Assembly (NCBI GenBank): GCA_036985755.1
Contig: BTQG01000004.1
Location: 1-50,233, forward strand
Direction of reading: 5' to 3'
DNA: 50,233 bases
Source: Acidimicrobiia bacterium
Lineage (GTDB): Bacteria > Actinomycetota > Acidimicrobiia > Spongiisociales > UBA5794
Position 1 is the stretch's first letter; the number at the start of each line of letters is the position of its first letter. The notes under the pieces are model-generated. The model had not been told where the DNA came from. It saw nothing but the letters and a program-made list of their open reading frames with translations, and did no database searches. Below, one piece after another: positions 44,045 to 50,233 of this stretch. Position numbers and translations under genes: made by a program.

Positions 44045-44914
44045 CTACCCACCGGCTACCTCGGACCTGTGCGCTGCCACGCGGCTCGCCAGCTCGGGGA
44101 AGGCGCCGTCGATCTCGTACGGGTAGTCATCCCACCAGCCATCACGGTCGGGTTCGAACCGTCGTGGAGCGATCCCCGATGCCATCGCTCGCTGTTTCAT
44201 CTCCCGCTCGACATCGCCGGCCTGCCCGGCAATCGACTCTGCCGGGATGGGGTCGAGCACTTCGACTCGCACCCGCACCCCGGTGCGAACCCGTGGTGTG
44301 TAGGGATGCTCCCAGACACGGTGGGTTCCGCTGATGACGACGGGCAGCACCGGCCGACCGAATCGCTCGGCGATCCGGAACGCCCCCGGGCGAAATGCGG
44401 CCTCGATACCGAGGATGGTCCCCTGCGGGAACACCACAAAGCTCTCTCCGATGGCAAAGGCGTCTCGTGCTCCCCCCAGCAGGGCCCGGTAGGCGGCAGG
44501 CCCATCGGCAGTCGGGACCCTGGTCTGGCCCGATGCAGCGAGGTATGGGCCGAGGGTGCGCCATTCGTACAGCTCATCTCGCGTGGCGAACGTCAGGTCG
44601 AGCGGGAGGCGAAGCAAACAGAGGGCGTCGGCGAAACTCTCGTGCAGCGGAGTCACCACATATCGCTCATCGGGGTCGACCAGGTCAAGGCCGCGGATGT
44701 CGATGTGCATCCCGAGGGCTGTCGAGGCGGCGCGTGCCCAGCCCCGCTCGATGGTGTGGAGGAGACGACGGTCTCCCCTTCTCCCGGCGTAGATCAGGGC
44801 GGCGCGGCCCGGCCCGAACAGCACCGCCCCACTTGTGGTCAGGCGCAACCAGGTGCGGCGATCGGGGGTGGTGACCCGCTCTCCGGCGAACGGGATTCGA
44901 AACTGTCGTGCCAT
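44045..44914 (-). CDS. Lysophospholipid acyltransferase family (PlsC-like)
   Basis: HESFAD (HxxxxD), VFPQGT, FRPGAF, PVLPVVI. Confidence 0.85.
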   Translation of the reverse strand: MARQFRIPFAGERVTTPDRRTWLRLTTSGAVLFGPGRAALIYAGRRGDRRLLHTIERGWARAASTALGMHIDIRGLDLVDPDERYVVTPLHESFADALCLLRLPLDLTFATRDELYEWRTLGPYLAASGQTRVPTADGPAAYRALLGGARDAFAIGESFVVFPQGTILGIEAAFRPGAFRIAERFGRPVLPVVISGTHRVWEHPYTPRVRTGVRVRVEVLDPIPAESIAGQAGDVEREMKQRAMASGIAPRRFEPDRDGWWDDYPYEIDGAFPELASRVAAHRSEVAGG

Positions 44915-44955
44915 GCACAGGGAAGCAATGGCGGACCTCCCGGCATTCCTTGTGA

Positions 44956-45594
44956 CTAGTGGCGGCTTTCCTGCCGTTGGGCGATGGCGGCGGATCCCTC
45001 GTTGATCACCTCGATGTCGTGCGATCCGCACACCCGGCACTTGTACTCCGGATCTTCGATCGGAGCCAGCTTCTCTTTGACAAGCCGGGTTCCGCACGCC
45101 CGGCACGAGTCGAGTGATACATGCTGGTTGGTGCCGCACTCGGGGCAGTCAACCCACACCGTGCTGTCGAATTTGGTGGTGCCCCAGTTGCCGGGGCTGC
45201 CGGCGAGAGGGTCCGGTTCGTCTTCTACGGCGAACGGGGGTGGCGGACCTTCCTTTGGCATCATGATGGCGGCGTGACCGGTTTCGGCAGCCACCGAGCC
45301 GTCGGGTCGCAGAACGAACAGAGCGACTCCGTGGGATTCGCTGACGCTCACCGCACCCGGGCTGAAACCACCCGCCGAGAAGATCGCCTTCTTGCGTTGA
45401 TCCTCGAGTTGGAGGAGGGCGAGGATCGACTTTTGGGGGACCTTCCGCCCAGCCCTCACCCACGACAGGAGCTTTTCCGAGTACATCTCCACCATCTCAG
45501 GCGGCTTCTCGACAACCTCGGTCGGTGGCTGATCGACGTGGAACAGCCAGAGGTACGTGGCTTCGTATGCCTGTTCCAGGGTCAATTCGGGCAT
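44956..45594 (-). CDS. Hypothetical protein with C-terminal zinc ribbons
   Basis: CPECG, CRACG and CRVCG; GGAGAGG RBS. Confidence 0.7.
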   Translation of the reverse strand: MPELTLEQAYEATYLWLFHVDQPPTEVVEKPPEMVEMYSEKLLSWVRAGRKVPQKSILALLQLEDQRKKAIFSAGGFSPGAVSVSESHGVALFVLRPDGSVAAETGHAAIMMPKEGPPPPFAVEDEPDPLAGSPGNWGTTKFDSTVWVDCPECGTNQHVSLDSCRACGTRLVKEKLAPIEDPEYKCRVCGSHDIEVINEGSAAIAQRQESRH

Positions 45595-45650
45595 CCGTGG
45601 ACCTCTCCGCCGTCTGGTCTCAACGGTGTATCGGCGGTCCTCTTTGCTTT

Positions 45651-46544
45651 CTAGAGCTTTGCGCGCGGAACGGAGTGTTCCCAATCAGCCAGAAGCGTTC
45701 GAAGTGCTGCCACAAAGGCGAGGGGCTGGTCGACGATCAAGTGATGGTGTGCATCGGGGATCGATGCCACAGGGGCATTGCGGTTCATCAACTCGTACAT
45801 GTAGTCGGCGACGTCCTCCGGCACGACCACGCTGTGCTCCCCGCGCAGCAGCGCAATCCTTCCCTTGACCGAGGCGAGCTCTTCGTGCAGCGAGGTGAGG
45901 GTCTGGTTGAACACCTGAGGATCGAATTTCCATGTCCACCCATTTTCGGTCTCGACGAGTGAGTGGTCGGCGATGTAGTCGAGGATGTATTGGTTGTCGC
46001 AGGGCTGCTCGGGAATCAACCGGAAGCGCCCGGCTGCGGTCTCCTTGTCCGGGTAGACGCCCGGCGCTCGGAACGGGCTCTTCCCTGAGGCGCCTTCTCT
46101 CGATTCCGGGTCCTGGCCGCGCACCGGCGAGTCCACCACCACCGCCCCCGCGATCCGGTCACCGTGGGTCGCAGCGGTCTTGATCGTGACCACCCCACCA
46201 AGTGAATGTCCCACCACCACGGGAGGTCCTGGAAATCCGACCTGCTCGGCGACGCCGAGGACCTCGTCGGCCCACAGGTCGTGGCTGTATTCGGGGCGCC
46301 GCCCACTGTCACCATGGCCTGACAGGTCGAAGGCCACTGCGTGCCACCTCCTGGCGAAGAACGGCGCAAGGTACGACCACCAGTGGGCGTGGGCGGCTCC
46401 GCCGTGCACGAAGATGAGGCCGGGCTGGCCCCGCTCACCCCATTCGAGGTAGTGGATGTCGGCGCCTTCGACGGCGACCGTTCCCTCGTCGTAGGGAGCC
46501 GACAGCGCTTTACGAAACCACTCGGGCTGCTCGGTGACGATCAT
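45651..46544 (-). CDS. Alpha/beta fold hydrolase
   Basis: HGGAAH, DLSGHGDS, GHSLGG, C-terminal HH. Confidence 0.92.
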   Translation of the reverse strand: MIVTEQPEWFRKALSAPYDEGTVAVEGADIHYLEWGERGQPGLIFVHGGAAHAHWWSYLAPFFARRWHAVAFDLSGHGDSGRRPEYSHDLWADEVLGVAEQVGFPGPPVVVGHSLGGVVTIKTAATHGDRIAGAVVVDSPVRGQDPESREGASGKSPFRAPGVYPDKETAAGRFRLIPEQPCDNQYILDYIADHSLVETENGWTWKFDPQVFNQTLTSLHEELASVKGRIALLRGEHSVVVPEDVADYMYELMNRNAPVASIPDAHHHLIVDQPLAFVAALRTLLADWEHSVPRAKL

Positions 46545-48214
46545 CTCCGTGTGACCTCGATCTCGTGGGGAAGCGTGAACCAGCGGAGATGCTCGAACTC
46601 GACGGAGAATTCGGGCGGGGTGAGATCGTCATCGCTCGTTGCGCTGGCAAGGATCTCGTCGGCTGCCTTCAGGTAGTCGGAGAGGATGTAGTCGGGGTCG
46701 TGCTGCGGCTCGACGGTGTAGCGCATCGCACCCGAGCCGTACTCGATCTCGGTGAGGCTGAGCGGGGGGTCACCGCGCCCGTCGCGGTGCTGCCACAACC
46801 CCGAATCGACATCGAACCGATACCGAGGCAGCAGTCGCCACCCGGAGGTGGCCACCATGTCCACTGCGTCGACGATGTAGTGGAAGACGGCGTGCGATAT
46901 GAAGTAGTTGAAGCTGACCCTCACCCACCCGGGCTTGATGCCCTCGCAGCCGCGCGAGATCTCTCGCTCGAATTCGAGCGATGTGTCGATGTCGATGCCG
47001 AGCAGGCGGTGCCCGTACGGCCCGGCACAGGAACAGCCTCCCCGCGATTGAATGCCGAACAGGTCGTTGAGCAGGGCGACGACGAAGTTGTGATGCAAAT
47101 ACCGCTCTCCGTGTCTGATGACGAATGACACGATGGACAGGCGTTCGGCGTCCGGGTTTCCCAGGATCTCGATGTTCGGATTCTCCGCCCAGGTGGTGAT
47201 GGCTTCTTCGATGAAGCCCTCCTCGAAGTCACGGATACGGTCCGTGCCAACGGCCTCTTTGAGCTGGAAGGTGAGGCCCGCCCGTATCGCACCCACGATG
47301 TTGGGGGTTCCCCCCTCCTCACGAGTCTCGACATCGGCGATGTAACGATGCCCGTCTGGGTTGACGAAGGTCACCGTGCCTCCCCCGGGGACCGCGGGCA
47401 CCCGGTTGGCGAAGAGCTCCTTTCGCGCCACCAGCAGCCCTGGTGTTCCCGGGCCACCGATGAGCTTGTGCGGGGAGATGAACACCGCATCCTTGTACGC
47501 CGATGGATCACCCGGCGGCGCCATGTCGATGTCGACGTAGGGTGCAGCGGCGGCGCAGTCCCAGAAGGACAGCGCGCCGTGCTCGTGGAGGAGGCTCGCG
47601 ATCGCCGACGCGTTGGAGATGATGCCGGTGACGTTCGATGCCGCGGAGAAGCTCCCGATCTTCAGCCGGCGATCCGCATAGGTCACCAGCTCCCGTGCCA
47701 GCTGGTCGAGGTCGATGTGGCCGTCCTGGTCTTCCTCGATTCTGACGACATCGGCAATCGACTCGCGCCATGGCAGCTCGTTGGAGTGGTGCTCGAAAGG
47801 GCCGACGAACACGACCGGCCGCTCCGATTCTGGGATCTGTTCGGCCGAGTGATAGCGGTCCTCGAAGTGTGAGGGCACGCTGAGCCCGAGAACGTTGATC
47901 AGATGGGCGACCGCACCGGTGGCCCCCGAGCCGGTGAAGAGAACGGCGTGCTCGTCAGAGGCGTTCAGGGCGCGTCGGATGATGTGCCGTGCGTCCTCGC
48001 GGAACCGGGTGGTCTGCAGCCCGGTACCCGATGATTCGCTATGGGTGTTGGCATACAGCGGGAGCACCACATGGCGGATGTAGTCCTCGATGAAGGTCAG
48101 CGACCGCCCCGATGCGGTGTAGTCGGCGTAGGTGACCCTGCGAGGCCCGAACGGCCCCGGTACGGCGTAATCGGACCCGATGACCGAGGCGCGGATCGTT
48201 TCGATGAGGTCCAT
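46541..48214 (-). CDS. Class V PLP-dependent aminotransferase (cysteine desulfurase-like)
   Basis: YADYTASGR, YANTH, EHHSN, SNVTG, SPHK, RGGCSCAGPYG, PGWVR. Confidence 0.92.
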   Translation of the reverse strand: MDLIETIRASVIGSDYAVPGPFGPRRVTYADYTASGRSLTFIEDYIRHVVLPLYANTHSESSGTGLQTTRFREDARHIIRRALNASDEHAVLFTGSGATGAVAHLINVLGLSVPSHFEDRYHSAEQIPESERPVVFVGPFEHHSNELPWRESIADVVRIEEDQDGHIDLDQLARELVTYADRRLKIGSFSAASNVTGIISNASAIASLLHEHGALSFWDCAAAAPYVDIDMAPPGDPSAYKDAVFISPHKLIGGPGTPGLLVARKELFANRVPAVPGGGTVTFVNPDGHRYIADVETREEGGTPNIVGAIRAGLTFQLKEAVGTDRIRDFEEGFIEEAITTWAENPNIEILGNPDAERLSIVSFVIRHGERYLHHNFVVALLNDLFGIQSRGGCSCAGPYGHRLLGIDIDTSLEFEREISRGCEGIKPGWVRVSFNYFISHAVFHYIVDAVDMVATSGWRLLPRYRFDVDSGLWQHRDGRGDPPLSLTEIEYGSGAMRYTVEPQHDPDYILSDYLKAADEILASATSDDDLTPPEFSVEFEHLRWFTLPHEIEVTRR

Positions 48215-48302
48215 TGGAGGAGAGAGTAGAGCAGTGGAGGCTCGTCTCCTCCCTCTCGCAGGCAGGTCGGCCGCCCGGAGAAACCGCGAGCAGCCGTTCA
48301 GC

Positions 48303-49097
48303 TCAGAGTGCTGAATCCAGTGCCGCGGGCGGGGGCGGCTGCGAGGTAGCGACGAGTTCGGCATAGACGATGACGTTGCCTCGATAGGAGCCGGCGCTTC
48401 GATCAAAGGAGCCGCCGCACGTAATGACACGAAGTTGCGACCCCTCGGTGGACCCATATACCTTCTCGGTGGGGAACTCGTCCTTGAGGACCAACTCGGT
48501 CTCGATGACGCGGAACTCGGCGACGGAACCGTCGGAACGGTCGACCTGGATCACGTCGCCGATATCGAGCTCGCGGAGTCGCCAGAAGACGCCGGGGCCT
48601 TCGGCCGCCGAATCGACGTGGCCTACGACGATGCTCGGGCCCTGCTCACCGGGGACCGATCGACCGGTCCACCACCCGGCGAGTCGGATGTCTTGTGGCA
48701 CCTCGAGGGTCCGGTCGGGATTCAGTCCGAGGTCGATGATGGTGGCATCGACCCCGATGGAGGCGATCCGTACTCTGTTTGCGCGCTGCGGGGGCCCCCG
48801 ATCGAAGGCGGTCTCGAGGGCGGCCTGGGTCGTCTCGGTCGGGGCCGTGGGGGCCGTCGACGTGGTGGGAGGACTGTTCGTATCGGTGGCCTCGAGTACA
48901 GCTTCGACGGTTGTGGTGGTGGTGGCCGTGGGGACCGTCGCCGTGGTGGGGGTATTGGCAGTGGTGGTGGTGACCCGGGCCGCCGGCTCGGGAGCAGCGC
49001 TGGCAGGCTTGACCGCGGCGGCCCCGGCAGTGAATACGAGGACGCCGGCGATCGCCAGCGCGGCGAGCGAAAAGGGGTCCCTGAACCGTCGAGTCAT
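48303..49097 (-). CDS. Class F sortase
   Basis: N-terminal TM, Thr-rich linker, PGEQG..GHVD, LRVITCGG, YRGNVIV. Confidence 0.92.
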   Translation of the reverse strand: MTRRFRDPFSLAALAIAGVLVFTAGAAAVKPASAAPEPAARVTTTTANTPTTATVPTATTTTTVEAVLEATDTNSPPTTSTAPTAPTETTQAALETAFDRGPPQRANRVRIASIGVDATIIDLGLNPDRTLEVPQDIRLAGWWTGRSVPGEQGPSIVVGHVDSAAEGPGVFWRLRELDIGDVIQVDRSDGSVAEFRVIETELVLKDEFPTEKVYGSTEGSQLRVITCGGSFDRSAGSYRGNVIVYAELVATSQPPPPAALDSAL

Positions 49098-49202
49098 CCG
49101 TCAGTTGTCGACGGATCCGCTGCACCCTTTAGCCACTCTACGTAGTTTTCCTACCCTAAGTGGTATCCTACCCGCCCCTTCAGCCGCGACGCGCAGCCGG
49201 CA

Positions 49203-49931
49203 TCACGACCGCGAGAACACCGGTTCGCGGTTGCGGATGTGTTCGGCGTAGACGATGACGTTGCTCAAATAGGAGCCGGCGCCCCGGTCGAACGAACCAC
49301 CACAGGTGATGAGGCGAAGCGTCGGTTCCTCCGTGGAGCCGTACACCTCCTCGGTCGGGAACTCGTCCTTCTCCACGAGCACGCGGCTCGTCACCCTGAA
49401 CTCGGCCACCGAGCCGTCGGATCGCTCGACCTCGATCAAGTCGCCAACCCCGAGCTTGCGCAGGTTGAAGAAGATACCTGGCCCGGAGACCGCAGAATCA
49501 ACGTGACCGACCACGACACCGGGCCCGACCTCACCGGGGACCGAGCGGCCGGTGTACCACCCGGTCACGCCCACGTCCTTTGGTACCTCGAGGGTTCGAT
49601 CCGGGTTTACCCCCAGGTCGATCACGCCGGTGTCGACTCCGATGATGGGAATGCGCACTCGTGTTGGAACAAGGTCGGGCGAAGCCGGCGGCGTCGCAGT
49701 GAACCCCCGACCCGACGCCGGCTCGGCGGCGGGAGCGGCGATCGGATTGTCGACCTCGGAAAGCACCGCCGGGTTTGGAGGAAGCTCGGCCGAGGTTACG
49801 ACGGTGGCAACAGGTCCGATTGCCGCTGCCCTACTCCCGGAGAGCGTCGCCAAGCCGATGCCGAGCATGATCACCCCGGCAATGCCGAGGGACGCGGCCG
49901 CGCCGATAACGCCGGTACGTGAACCTCGCAT
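49203..49931 (-). CDS. Class F sortase
   Basis: N-terminal TM, PGEVG..GHVD, LRLITCGG, YLSNVIV. Confidence 0.92.
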   Translation of the reverse strand: MRGSRTGVIGAAASLGIAGVIMLGIGLATLSGSRAAAIGPVATVVTSAELPPNPAVLSEVDNPIAAPAAEPASGRGFTATPPASPDLVPTRVRIPIIGVDTGVIDLGVNPDRTLEVPKDVGVTGWYTGRSVPGEVGPGVVVGHVDSAVSGPGIFFNLRKLGVGDLIEVERSDGSVAEFRVTSRVLVEKDEFPTEEVYGSTEEPTLRLITCGGSFDRGAGSYLSNVIVYAEHIRNREPVFSRS

Positions 49932-49941
49932 GAGCGGTCCG

Positions 49942-50232
49942 CTACTCCCGTCCCGTGGCCCGCTTCATCGCGAGCAGGGTTGTACCGCCGAGCAGCGCCA
50001 GGGCGCCACCGGTCAGCCACAGCACAGCGGCCCCTCCGCCGCCTCCTGCCATCGCGCCTCCGCCGGCGCTAACCCCACCCTCCGGGGGTGCTTCGGTTGT
50101 CGTTGATTGGCCCGGTGTGGTCGTCGGCGGTGTGGTCGTCGGCGGTGTGGTCGTCGGCGGTGTGGTCGTCGGCGGTGTGGTTATCGTTGTGGTCGTCGTC
50201 GCGGGTGGGTCTGGCTGCGCGCAGGTCAGGAC
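49942..50232 (-). CDS. C-terminus of a probable sortase substrate surface protein (5'-truncated; absent from the ORF track)
   Basis: Manual translation: ...(TTTPP)n...EAPPEGGVSAGGGAMAGGGGG-AAVLWLTGGALALLGGTTLLAM-KRATGRE-stop, i.e. motif, TM, basic tail. Confidence 0.8.
   Translation of the reverse strand, partial: VLTCAQPDPPATTTTTITTPPTTTPPTTTPPTTTPPTTTPGQSTTTEAPPEGGVSAGGGAMAGGGGGAAVLWLTGGALALLGGTTLLAMKRATGRE
50113..50181 (-). repeat. 15-bp coding tandem repeat (PTTTP), about 4.6 copies
   Basis: CGGTGTGGTCGTCGG x4 plus a partial copy on the + strand. Confidence 0.95.
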
Positions 50233-50233
50233 A

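Overview
High-GC chromosomal window from an actinobacterium. Bpa/PafE, WhiB, class F sortases and FadF support that assignment; an Acidimicrobiia-like lineage is only my inference. It holds about 48 densely packed housekeeping and accessory genes: two acyl-CoA dehydrogenases, a nitroreductase-murI-macro-proC-proline dehydrogenase run, pspA, fhs, fadF, pheA, an orphan DNA methyltransferase, nhaA, a Ca/Na antiporter, polX, bpa, FHA, whiB, VanW-like, two PPIases, a DEAD-box helicase, a heterodimeric ABC exporter, tryptophanase and two class F sortases with a truncated likely substrate. I found no rRNA, tRNA, CRISPR array, transposase or prophage. The most interesting signals are non-coding or missed by the ORF track. 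(1) An apparently complete ribosome-dependent attenuator (promoter, 21-aa leader peptide, antiterminator, terminator) lies in front of the ABC exporter. (2) There are two copies of a ~115-bp CTAG-flanked MITE-like element whose differences mostly preserve base pairing. (3) A composite REP/REPIN-like family occurs at three loci, plus a separate 60-bp palindromic tandem. (4) An internally deleted adenylate/guanylate cyclase remnant is present. (5) A tandem sortase F locus has a PxGGVxAGGG-type sorting signal. All calls come from reading motifs by eye; no searches were run.
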